Positions 19,398 to 28,772 of a stretch of DNA of 64,000 nucleotides are shown here, in pieces. A program made the translations under genes and the position numbers. The notes below the pieces were generated by a model. That model worked only from the letters and a program-made list of their open reading frames with translations, did no database searches and had not been told where the DNA came from. The DNA is from Planctomycetota bacterium (GTDB lineage Bacteria > Planctomycetota > SZUA-567 > H5-PLA8): the NCBI GenBank assembly GCA_023150555.1, contig JAKLKQ010000025.1, positions 19,069 through 83,068 of the forward strand, given 5' to 3'. Each line of letters starts with the position of its first letter. Position 1 is the first letter of the stretch.

Positions 19398-20570
19398 ATG
19401 TCCGAAGCCCTTTCCCTGGCCCGGGCGCTCGAACCGGAGCTGATCGAGTTGCGCCGCGACTTGCACCGCCACCCGGAAGTGGCTTGGGAAGAGGTCCGCA
19501 CCGGCTGCCTGGCCGGCGATTTCTGCGAGAAGCTGGGCCTGCGGGTGACGCGCCAAGCGGCCAAGACCGGCGTGGTCGCGACGCTGAATCCCGAGCAGAA
19601 GGGCCCGGCGCTGGCCCTGCGCGCGGACATGGACGCGCTGCCGATCCACGAAGAGAACGACGTGGCGTACCGTTCGACGCGCGACGGCAAGGGGCATCTG
19701 TGCGGGCACGACGCCCACACCGCGATGCTGCTGGGCGCGGTGAAGGTGCTGAGCGGCCTGCGGTCGCGCATTCCGTTTCCCGTGCGCTTTTTCTTCCAGC
19801 CGGCGGAGGAGGTCCCCAACGGCGGCGCCGAGGCGCTGATCCGCGAGGGCCATCTGGACGGCGTGGAAGAAGTCTTCGGGATCCACGTCAATCCGCAGAT
19901 TCCGACGGGCATGCTGGGCCTGCACAGCGGCGCGACGATGGCGAGCATGGACCGCATCGCGATCGAACTCTCCGGCGTCGGCGGGCACGCGGCGATGCCG
20001 CACCTGGCGCGCGACCCCATCGTCGCGGCGGCCGAGACGGTGATGGCGCTGCAGACGGTCGTCGCGCGGCGGCTGGATCCGCTGGAGCCGGCGGTGGTCT
20101 CCATCTGCCAGATCGAGGCCGGCAGCGCGTTCAACGTGATTCCTTCCACCTGCAGGATGGTCGGCACCGCGCGGTGCCTGTCGGCGCGCGTGCACGAGCA
20201 GTTGCCGGAATGGGTCGAGGAGATCGCGGTGGGCCTGGCAAAGGCGCACGGCCTGCACGCGAAGCTGGACTACATGCGCGGTACGCCCGTGCTGGTGAAC
20301 GCGGCGTCGTCCATCGGGCGCATGGGCGGGGCCTTCCGCAAACTGGGCGGCCGCGAGACCGAGATCAGCCCGACGATGGGCAGCGAGGACTTCGCCTGCT
20401 ACCTGGAGCGCCTGCCGGGCTGCTTCGCGTTCCTGGGGGCCGGCGACGGATCGCCGGACACCGCGCAGTGTTTCCACCACCCGCGCTACAACATCGACGA
20501 GAAGGCCCTGGCCTGGGGCACGGCGCTGTTCGTGCAGCTGGTCCTGGACCGGGCCGCGGGCCGCTCGTGA
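19398..20570 (+). CDS. M20D-family amidohydrolase (hippurate hydrolase / N-acyl-amino acid amidohydrolase-like)
   Basis: MSEALSLARALEPELIELRRDLHRHPE, GHDAHTAMLLG, FQPAEE are typical M20D metal-binding motifs. Confidence 0.8.
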   Translation: MSEALSLARALEPELIELRRDLHRHPEVAWEEVRTGCLAGDFCEKLGLRVTRQAAKTGVVATLNPEQKGPALALRADMDALPIHEENDVAYRSTRDGKGHLCGHDAHTAMLLGAVKVLSGLRSRIPFPVRFFFQPAEEVPNGGAEALIREGHLDGVEEVFGIHVNPQIPTGMLGLHSGATMASMDRIAIELSGVGGHAAMPHLARDPIVAAAETVMALQTVVARRLDPLEPAVVSICQIEAGSAFNVIPSTCRMVGTARCLSARVHEQLPEWVEEIAVGLAKAHGLHAKLDYMRGTPVLVNAASSIGRMGGAFRKLGGRETEISPTMGSEDFACYLERLPGCFAFLGAGDGSPDTAQCFHHPRYNIDEKALAWGTALFVQLVLDRAAGRS

Positions 20571-21730
20571 CCGCATCGTCTTCCGCGCTTGCCTTCGACG
20601 TCACCGCCCGCGACGGCGCTGCGCGCGCCGCAGTCGTGGGCACCGCCCACGGTTCGATCGAGACCCCCGCCTTCATGACCGTCGGCACGCTGGGCGCGGC
20701 CAAGGGCCTGACCGTCGAGCAGTTGCAGGCCGCCGGCGCGCAGGTCCTTCTGATGAACGCCTTTCACCTTGCCTGGCGCCCCGGCGAGAAGCTGGTGCAG
20801 GAGTTGGGCGGACTGCACCGCTTTACCGGCTGGGACCGCCCGATCCTGACCGACAGCGGCGGCTACCAGATCTTCTCGCTGCCGGGGCTGCGCAAGATCG
20901 AGGAATCCGGCGCGACGTTCGCTTCGCCGGTCGACGGCGCGGTGCGCGCGTTCACGCCCGAAGCCGTCGTCGAGATCGAGACGGCGCTGGGTGCGGACAT
21001 GGTCATGCCGCTGGACCAGTGCCCGGCGTATCCGTGCAAGCCTGGGGAACTCGAGGAAGCCGTGGAGCGCTCGATCCGCTGGCTGCAGCGCAGCGTGAAG
21101 CGCCACCGCGAACTCGATCCCACCGGCGTGCATCTGTTCGGCATCGTGCAGGGCGGCTGCGACGAAAAACAGCGCCGGCGTTCGGTGGAGGGCACCTGCG
21201 AACAGGCCTGCGCGGGCTTCGCGCTGGGCGGGTTCTGCGTGGGCGAGCCCATCGAAGCGACCACCGCCTGCGTCGCTTTTACCGCGCCGCTGCTGCCGCA
21301 GGACCGCCCTCGCTACCTGATGGGCATGGGCACGCCGCAGGATATCCTGCACGCCATCGGCGCCGGCGTGGACCTCCTCGACTGCACGCTGCCGACGCGC
21401 AACGGGCGCAACGCGATGGCCTTCACGCGCGAAGGCCCCCTGCGCCTGCGCAATGCGCGCTTCGCGAAGGACGAGCGCCCGCTCGACCCGCAATGCCAGT
21501 GCCCGACGTGCAGGCGCTACTCGCGGGCCTTCCTGCGCCATTTGTTCCTTGCCCGGGAGATGAACGCGGCTATTTTGACCAGTCTCCACAACGTGGCTTT
21601 CTACCTGGACCTTGTACAGGGCGCGCGCAAGGCCATCGCGGCGGGTTCGTACGAGGCTTACCGGCGGACGTTCCTGGAAGGTTTCGGGGCGGGCGCCGTC
21701 CTGGATGAAACGGACGAGGAAGGAGCGTAA
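20567..21730 (+). CDS. tgt: queuine tRNA-ribosyltransferase
   Basis: GTG start overlapping the M20 stop (GTGA). ETPAFMTVGTLGAAKG, DSGGYQIFSL, LMGMGTPQD, and a zinc site CxCxxC...H (CQCPTCRRY). Confidence 0.85.
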   Translation: MTASSSALAFDVTARDGAARAAVVGTAHGSIETPAFMTVGTLGAAKGLTVEQLQAAGAQVLLMNAFHLAWRPGEKLVQELGGLHRFTGWDRPILTDSGGYQIFSLPGLRKIEESGATFASPVDGAVRAFTPEAVVEIETALGADMVMPLDQCPAYPCKPGELEEAVERSIRWLQRSVKRHRELDPTGVHLFGIVQGGCDEKQRRRSVEGTCEQACAGFALGGFCVGEPIEATTACVAFTAPLLPQDRPRYLMGMGTPQDILHAIGAGVDLLDCTLPTRNGRNAMAFTREGPLRLRNARFAKDERPLDPQCQCPTCRRYSRAFLRHLFLAREMNAAILTSLHNVAFYLDLVQGARKAIAAGSYEAYRRTFLEGFGAGAVLDETDEEGA

Positions 21731-21733
21731 GGC

Positions 21734-22090
21734 GTGGATTTTTCGGCACCCATTCTCAAAGCGTGGCTGGCGCTGCCTCTGGCGCAGGGCGGCCCGCCCG
21801 GCGGCGGCGGCTTCTCCGAAATGCTGGTCATGCTGCTGCCTATGGCGATGATCTTCTACTTCCTGCTCTGGCGGCCGGAGTCCAAGCGCCGCAAGGAAAA
21901 GGAGCAGCTGATGAACAGCTTGAAAGCCAAGGACAAGATTGTAACAATAGGAGGGATCCACGGCATCGTAGTGAAGGTCGAAAAGGACGAGGTCGTGGTG
22001 CGGGTCGATACGGCGAAGGACGTCAAGATGACCTTCCGCCGCACGGCCATCGACACGATCGAGTCTCCGGGACCGGACAAATCGGAGTAA
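21734..22090 (+). CDS. yajC: preprotein translocase subunit YajC
   Basis: MLVMLLPMAMIFYFLLWRPESKRRKE...KDKIVTIGGIHG is the canonical YajC. Conserved position between tgt and secDF. Confidence 0.85.
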   Translation: MDFSAPILKAWLALPLAQGGPPGGGGFSEMLVMLLPMAMIFYFLLWRPESKRRKEKEQLMNSLKAKDKIVTIGGIHGIVVKVEKDEVVVRVDTAKDVKMTFRRTAIDTIESPGPDKSE

Positions 22091-22104
22091 TGAAGGCAGA
22101 ACCC

Positions 22105-22590
22105 ATGGCCCGCCGCAGCGATTCGATGCTACGCAGCCCCGCCCGCGCAGGCGCGCTGGCGCTGGGTGTGCTGCTGGCCGGGCTGTGGAGCCCGGTGGCG
22201 CAGTTGTGCTGCGTCGTCGAGACCGCCGCGTCCCAGGACCGTTCCGCCGCCGAGCGCACCGAACTGCGGCTGATGGTCCACGTGCCGGTGACCCGCAAGA
22301 GCGCGGCGCCCGAAGCACCCGCCGCCCAATCCAAATCCAAGCCCGCGCAGACGCACTTCCAGCGCCCCTTCAGCGGAGAGACCGAACCGTCCGTCATCGG
22401 CCGTGGCGGCCTGGACCCGCTCGCGCTGCCGGGCAGCGGCTTCGCGCAAGCCTTTGCGGCGGTCGTGCCGGTCCGGACCTCGGGCCCGGCGCCGCCCGAT
22501 CCGGAATCTGCATCCACGCGTCATCCGTCCTCGGCGTTCGCGGCGGCCTTCGAGTCCTCGCGCGCGGCACGCGGACCGCCCGCCGTCTAG
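22105..22590 (+). CDS. hypothetical Ala/Pro-rich secreted protein (doubtful)
   Basis: ORF beginning at the yajC stop, with signal-like ARAGALALGVLLAGLWSPVA. No recognisable domain. Could be a GC-driven artefact. Confidence 0.25.
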   Translation: MARRSDSMLRSPARAGALALGVLLAGLWSPVAQLCCVVETAASQDRSAAERTELRLMVHVPVTRKSAAPEAPAAQSKSKPAQTHFQRPFSGETEPSVIGRGGLDPLALPGSGFAQAFAAVVPVRTSGPAPPDPESASTRHPSSAFAAAFESSRAARGPPAV

Positions 22591-22687
22591 CTGTACCTTC
22601 CCCCGGGCGAACCGAGTCCCGCCCGTTTACCTTTTCGATCGTGAAACGTTCCGGGCCCCGAAGGGTTGGGCCCGGATTTGAGAAAGG

Positions 22688-25600
22688 ATGTTTGCGATGG
22701 CCAACAAGAAATACCTTGCGTTGCTGCCAGCCGCAGTGTTCGCCTACGCGGTGGGCATCGCGGCCTTCGGCGGCTTGACGTACACGATGTTCGACCAGTG
22801 GCGGCGGTCCGCGCTGCTGGACGACTACTACCAGAAGGCGTTGAAGTCCGGCGAAGAGGCCGTGGACCAATTGGTGCTGGCGCCGGGCGAGCCCAAGCTG
22901 TCGGGCCTGTACCAGCCCATCGCGCCCAACGGCCCGCTGGCGTCGGAGTACGCCACCGCGAAGAAGGACAGCATCAACGCGGTGACGGCCTTCTGGGACG
23001 CGAACATCCAGCCGCCCAACTGGGTACCGTGGGTCTGCCTGCTGGGCCTGGTTCTGCTGTGGCCGGTGCTCTCGCGGCTCTTCAGGCCGCTCTTCGAGGA
23101 TTACACCAAGCGCATGGTCTTCGTCATGCTGCTGGGCGGCCTGCTGGGCGGGTACTTCGGCTACCTGGGCGTGAACAACATCTACCCGATGGGCATCGAC
23201 CTGGCCGGCGGCACGGAGTTGGTCTACCGGCTGGATTACAAGGAACTCGAGCGCCGCATGGAGTCCACCCAGGAGCGCCTGGGCGACCTGACCGAGGCGC
23301 GCGACAGCGGGCAGAAGAAGACCAAGGACGGGACGACTGTCAAGCAGGACGGTATCGACGAGCTGACGCGCAGCCTCGAGACCCTGCGGCTGAGCAAAGA
23401 ACAGGCGCCCGAGCGCGCCGTCGAGATCGTGCGCAAGCGCATCGACCCGACGGGCACCAAGGGCATCCCGGTCACGAAGTACGGCGAGCAGCGCCTGCGC
23501 ATCCAGTTGCCCAAGGCCAGCCCGGAGGAAGTGGAGCGCATCAAGCGCGCCATTCGCACCCAGGGCCGTCTGACCTTCCATATCTGCTCCGACGACCGGG
23601 AGCTGAACGAGAAGGTGATGAAGGACAAGGAAACCAAGACGCACCGCCTGCTGTACATCAAGAAATTCAACAAGTTCACGGGCAAGGAGGAGACGCCCGA
23701 TCCCGTCGTCATCGAACGTGACCCGATGATGGAAGGAAGCGGCGTCCAGTATGCCGGCACGCAGCGCGGCGACCGCGGCGGATACGAGATCAATCTGCAG
23801 TTCGATCCTCCCAACCGCGCGAGATTCGCCGATATCACAGGCAAGAACATCGGCAAGCGCATGGCCATCGTGCTTGACAACATCTGCTACTCGGCGCCGA
23901 CCATTCAGGAGCGCATCGACGGCACCTGCCGCATCACCGGCAACTTCTCCCAGAAGGAAGCCAAGGACCTGGCCAGCGTGCTGACCGCCGGGTCGCTGCC
24001 GGCGGAAGTGCTGATGGAGAGCGAGTTCACCGTCGGCCCGACGCTGGGGCAGGAGCAGATCGAAACGGGCATTCGCGCCACTTTGGTGGGTGCTGCGCTC
24101 GTGGCGCTGTTCATGTGGATCTACTACCGCATCGGCGGATTTGTCACGGTCTTCTGCCTGGGATTGAACTTGGTGATTTTGATGGGTTCGCTGGGCTTCT
24201 TCAAGGCGACCATGACCCTGCCGGGCATCGCCGGCATCCTGCTGACGATGGGCATGGCGGTGGACGCCAACGTGCTGATCTTCGAGCGCATACGCGAGGA
24301 ATTGGCGCGCGGGCGCATCCTAAGGCTGGCCGTGCAGCACGGCTTTGACCGAGCGGTAGTAACCATTATGGACTCGCAGCTTACGACCCTCCTTACCGCA
24401 ATTATTCTGTATTACCTGGGGTCGGGCCCGGTGCGCGGCTTCGCCGTTACGCTGTCGCTGGGCATTTTGATCACCATCTTCACCAATGTGTGGGTCTGCC
24501 GCCAATTCCTCGAATGGCTGGTGGCCAAGGACGCAGTTGCTGACATGAAGATGCTGCAAATGTTTGCGGTTCCCAAGATCGATTTCATGGCGCAGCGGAA
24601 GCAATGGATTATTGGGACGGGCGCGATGGTGGTGCTCTCTATCGCGAGTTTCGTCCATATGGGGGTGCTGAATACCGACATCTACGACCTGGATTTCACC
24701 GGCGGCACGCTGATCCAGTTCAACTTCCGCAAGGGCCGCGAGCAGCTTCCGGAGGACGTAAAAAAGACGGTCGACGGGAAACTCAAGTCGGACCTCGAAA
24801 ACCGGCTCAAGAGTGCATCTGCCAAGCTAAAAGAGCTGGCGGCCTCGAACAAGACCGGGCCGGACCTGCGCAAGGCGCTGTACCAGGAACTGCCGGTCAT
24901 CGGGCATGCCCGCTTCGGCACGGCCAGCGAACTGTCCGGAGAAGCGCTGCTGGAGGAAGCCGAGATTCTGGACAAGGTCCTGGCGAGCTTCGAGAAGTCC
25001 CGCTTCGTGGTGCAGTCCTTCGGCGATCCCAAGGAGGCGCAGGGAGGGCGATTCGGTAGCTATACCCTGACGACCCGCATCGACGAAGCCTCCATCGTCG
25101 AGGTGCTGTACGACGAGTTGCTTAAGGTCTGGCCAGAAGATATCGAGCTGCCGGCGGTGGAGTACCTGGAAAACAAGAAGGAACTGCGCTTGCGTCTCAA
25201 GAACGTGGAGGCCCTCCCCGATGCGCCGGCGAAGGAGCGGCTCGTTGCAACCATCCAGAGCGAGATCGCGGCCCTGGCCGCCGAGGACGCGAACAAGGAT
25301 TTGGCCGGGCTGTTGAAGCCCCTGGAGGTCAGCGAGGTCAAGCGCGACGCTGGCGAAGGAGAGGGCGGCCATCCTTACGTTACGCTCTCGCCCATTCCGC
25401 CGGACTTGGCCGACCGCGAACTGCTCATGGAGTTGCTAGACGGTGTGCCCGTCAAGTACGGCAACGAGAAGTATCGCGCCGAGGGGCCCGTCAGCCGCAA
25501 GACGAGCTTCGGGAGCCAGGTCGCAGGCGAGATGCGCCGCACGGCGCTGCTCGCCGGCCTGGCCGCCTTGGCCGGCATCTTCATGTACCTGTGGTTCCGT

Positions 25601-26119
25601 TTCGAGTTCAGCGGGGCGTGGGGCTTCGGCGCGATCCTGGCCCTCTTCCACGACGCCATGATCGCCATCGGCGCCGTCTGTCTCTTCAACTACATGGGTT
25701 GGCTGACGGTTCTGGTCGACCTAAACCTTGTTGCTGCCGTTCTAACCATCATCGGGTTCAGCGTAAACGATACGATCGTTATCTATGACAGAATCAGGGA
25801 GATTCGTGCCGCACATCCCACACGCGACTTGAGCGATATCATCAACGAGGCCACCAACGCGACCCTCTCCCGAACCGTCCTGACCACGGGGACCGTCCTG
25901 CTTGCAACCTTGTCGCTGTTCCTTATGGGCGGCGAGACAATCCAAGGGCTTAGCTTTACGCTTCTGGTCGGGTTCATGGTCGGGACTTACAGCTCTGTCT
26001 TTGTGGCTTCCCCCCTCATGCGGTGGTGGCTGAACAAATACGGCGCCGGCAAGGCGCCGGTACCCGGCTTGGGCCGGCAGCCGGCGCAGGACGCTGGTCC
26101 GTCGGGCGCGCAGATCTAA
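22688..26119 (+). CDS. secDF: fused protein-export membrane protein SecDF (1143 aa, with a long periplasmic insertion)
   Basis: RBS aaagga upstream of the ATG. SecD and SecF TM bundles, e.g. [29 protein letters not shown] and [15 protein letters not shown]. tgt-yajC-secDF synteny. Confidence 0.85.
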   Translation: [1143 protein letters not shown]

Positions 26120-26158
26120 AGTAGAAGCGCGTTCGCGGTTGGAAAACCAAGGTAGCAG

Positions 26159-26197
26159 GGGAGGCGCGCTCGGATTTGGCGCGCCTCCCTTATTTCT
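26159..26197 (+). terminator. rho-independent terminator after secDF
   Basis: ggaggcgcgc-tcggatttg-gcgcgcctcc perfect GC hairpin followed by cttatttctg. Confidence 0.5.
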
Positions 26198-26450
26198 GCG
26201 AAGAGCGCGCGCCTTTTTCCACCAGAAGCGCGATTCGCGAGAAGTACCGCCCACGTAAGTTCTGAAATCTGGGACAAAGGTGCGGCACGACGTGCTTACC
26301 TAACGGACATTTAACCTACTTCGTGCAAAGTAGCATTATGCACGTAGGGCAGGCGTTCTCTGAAAAGGGGTTGTAGAGATAATCGCGATAATGCTCGTCG
26401 ACGAACATTATCGCATAATTGCGATTTCGCGTGGTCTATGTGCAGGGCAC

Positions 26451-27485
26451 TTACGCGACCGCGAGCACGATCTTTCCGAACTGCTCGCCTTGCTCCATGC
26501 GCGCCGCCGCGTCGGGGTATTGGTTCAGCGCGAAGACACGGTCAAGCACCGGCTTCAGGTGCGCGTTGGCCGCCGCGCGCAGAAGGTTGCGGAAGTCCTC
26601 CTGGCTGCCCATCGTTGAACCCATCAGCGTCTGGTGGTTCCAGTACAGCATCTGCAGGTTCACCGTCGCGGTGGGGCCGCCGGTGACGCCGCACGTGACC
26701 ATGCGCCCGCCGCGGCGCATCGCCTTCACCGAGACCGGAAGCGTCGGCGCGCCGACGCTGTCGACACACAGGTCCACGCCGCCGCCGCCCGTCAATTCGC
26801 GCGCCGCCGCGCCGACGTCCTCCGTCGTGCGGTAGTTGATGCCGTGCGCGGCGCCCAGTTCGCGGGCCTTCTCGAGCTTGAAGTCGCTGGAACTGGTCAC
26901 GATCGCGCGGCCGCCGGTGCCGTGCACCAGTTGCAGCGCGGCCAGCGCCACGCCGCCGCCGATGCCGTGGATCAGCACCGTCTCGCCGGGCTTGTAGCGT
27001 GCGCGCGCGAAGAGCATGTGCCACGCGGTCAGGTGCGCCAGCGGCAGCGCCGCCGCCTCGTGCCATTCCAGGTGCTCGGGCTTTGGCTCGACGTTGCACG
27101 CCGGTACGACGACCTTCTCGGCGAAGGTCCCCTGGTTCTGGAAGCCGGTCAGCCGGAAGCCTGGGCACTCGCTGTGGTCCCCGCGCCGGCAGTATTCGCA
27201 GGTCATGCAGCTGACGCCCGGATTGACGACGACCTCGTCGCCCACCGCCACGCCCGTCACGCCTTCGCCCAGCGCGTCGACCACGCCCGCCGCGTCGCTG
27301 CCCAGCACGTGGGGTTCCTTCAGTTCCAGGCCTGGGCGGCCCTTGCGCACCCAGATGTCCAGGTGGTTCAGCGCGGCGGCCTTCACCGCGACGCGCACCT
27401 GGCCCGGGTCGGGCTCGGGCGTCCGGACCTCGCCGAACTCCAGGACCTCGCGGCCGCCGAAGGTCTCGATGAATACCGCGCGCAT
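26451..27485 (-). CDS. zinc-dependent alcohol dehydrogenase / quinone oxidoreductase (MDR superfamily)
   Basis: GSDAAGVVDALGEGV, a structural-Zn Cys cluster (CMTCEYCRRGDHSEC), and Rossmann HGIGGGVALAALQL. Confidence 0.85.
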   Translation of the reverse strand: MRAVFIETFGGREVLEFGEVRTPEPDPGQVRVAVKAAALNHLDIWVRKGRPGLELKEPHVLGSDAAGVVDALGEGVTGVAVGDEVVVNPGVSCMTCEYCRRGDHSECPGFRLTGFQNQGTFAEKVVVPACNVEPKPEHLEWHEAAALPLAHLTAWHMLFARARYKPGETVLIHGIGGGVALAALQLVHGTGGRAIVTSSSDFKLEKARELGAAHGINYRTTEDVGAAARELTGGGGVDLCVDSVGAPTLPVSVKAMRRGGRMVTCGVTGGPTATVNLQMLYWNHQTLMGSTMGSQEDFRNLLRAAANAHLKPVLDRVFALNQYPDAAARMEQGEQFGKIVLAVA

Positions 27486-27553
27486 GGCTGGACTCCTTAT
27501 AAGGGTGTGTGGCCTACCTTCCTTCTATAGCAATGGCCGAACGGCGCAAACGG

Positions 27554-28678
27554 TTACTCGCACAGCGCACGCGCGTCGATGGCTTCCGCGCGAAGAGCGG
27601 CGGCTTCCGCATTAGCCGGGACGAGCGCGAACCAATCGTCAGGTCTTAGCGCTCCCAGATCCAAGTCGCCGCGCAGGCGCCACTCGGCCTCGGGCGACCA
27701 GTCGGACTTCGGCGGTTCGTGGCGCTGCGCGTAGATGCGTTCGGCCGGCGGCAGGCCGTTTAACTCTTGCTTTGAAAGATACGCGACGGCCCGCGCGCCG
27801 AGGCGCTCCATCGCCGCGCGCTTCACCGCGACGCCGTAGGGCCGGAAGGTCCACCGCGCGAGGCCGCGCCGCCAGATCATACGCTCGGAGAGCTCCCACG
27901 GCGGCCTGGCGCTGAGGCTCACCATCGGCGTGCGCGCGGGCATCAGCCGTCCCGAGCCGATGACGCGGTGCATCGCGCAGATGCGGCGCAGCGCGTCGAG
28001 GGCCTCGCGGGTGGCGTCCAACGAGCCGTCGGCGAGCCACGCGAGGTACTCGCTCAAACTTTCGCCGGGCCACGCGGCGTCGCACGCACGCGTGAAGTGT
28101 GTCAGGTAGTCCCACGTACCGGGACGCTGCAGGATCGACGGCGCCTTCACTTTGGAGGACGTCGCGCGCGCAGCCTTTATCGCGAACGATTCATCGACGG
28201 GCGCTCCCCGCGCGCGCAACGCCTCTGCCACGCCGGCCATGTTGCCGCCCTTACGCAATGCGATAGCCGTAGCGCAGGTGGCCAACTCGCCGATATAGCC
28301 GTCGCGGCGAGCCAGGCCGAAACGGCGCGAATCCGGTCCTTGCAGGATTTTCTTGGGCCAAACGAGCAACCGCCGTTTGGGAAGCAGTTCTTCGTACTCC
28401 GGCGGCAGGCCTTCGGGCAGCGGGGCCTCGAGGACGACAATCGCCTTGCCGCCCGCTTGCGTGCACGCGAACAGCGCCAAGTCGTAAGGCGTCCGCCCCA
28501 CACCTGCGACCAGCGTCTCGCCGCTCCCTGCGAGCCTTCGCGCGGCATTGACGGTGGCCCGCACCCAGGGCGTCGCGGGGCGCGGGGCCTTCGGTGTGCG
28601 CGAGCACAACAGCGCGCGGCGCGGGCCATTGAGCAGCGCGCGGTCTCCCTCGAACGCCAGGCCTTCAAGAATCGTCAT
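27554..28678 (-). CDS. hypothetical protein with DprA/SLOG-like Rossmann region
   Basis: Start taken at MTILEGLAFEGD (within about 1 nt). The longer TTG-initiated ORF overlaps the pyrF start. LLCSRTPK...RRLAGSGETLVAGVGRTPYDLALFACTQAGGKAIVVLEAPL resembles the DprA/LOG-like nucleotide-binding fold. Weak. Confidence 0.4.
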   Translation of the reverse strand: MTILEGLAFEGDRALLNGPRRALLCSRTPKAPRPATPWVRATVNAARRLAGSGETLVAGVGRTPYDLALFACTQAGGKAIVVLEAPLPEGLPPEYEELLPKRRLLVWPKKILQGPDSRRFGLARRDGYIGELATCATAIALRKGGNMAGVAEALRARGAPVDESFAIKAARATSSKVKAPSILQRPGTWDYLTHFTRACDAAWPGESLSEYLAWLADGSLDATREALDALRRICAMHRVIGSGRLMPARTPMVSLSARPPWELSERMIWRRGLARWTFRPYGVAVKRAAMERLGARAVAYLSKQELNGLPPAERIYAQRHEPPKSDWSPEAEWRLRGDLDLGALRPDDWFALVPANAEAAALRAEAIDARALCE

Positions 28679-28772
28679 CCGTGCAGAGCTCCCCAGCCGC
28701 TCAAATCCGGAAACGAACTTACCAAGCCCGCGGGACTTTTGTAGATTAGGCGCAGCCGAACGAAGAAGGGGA

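Noticed and set aside
19184-21730. 848-aa ORF spanning the M20 and tgt region
   Set aside because: The first 460 codons are out of frame with the real M20 gene (19398..20570) and are Arg/Gly-rich. The Tgt protein starts at the GTG at 20567, as judged from the conserved N-terminal ETPAFMTVGT position.
22394-23644. 416-aa minus-strand ORF inside secDF
   Set aside because: Antisense to an unambiguous SecDF coding region. Composition is Arg/Gly/Pro-rich.
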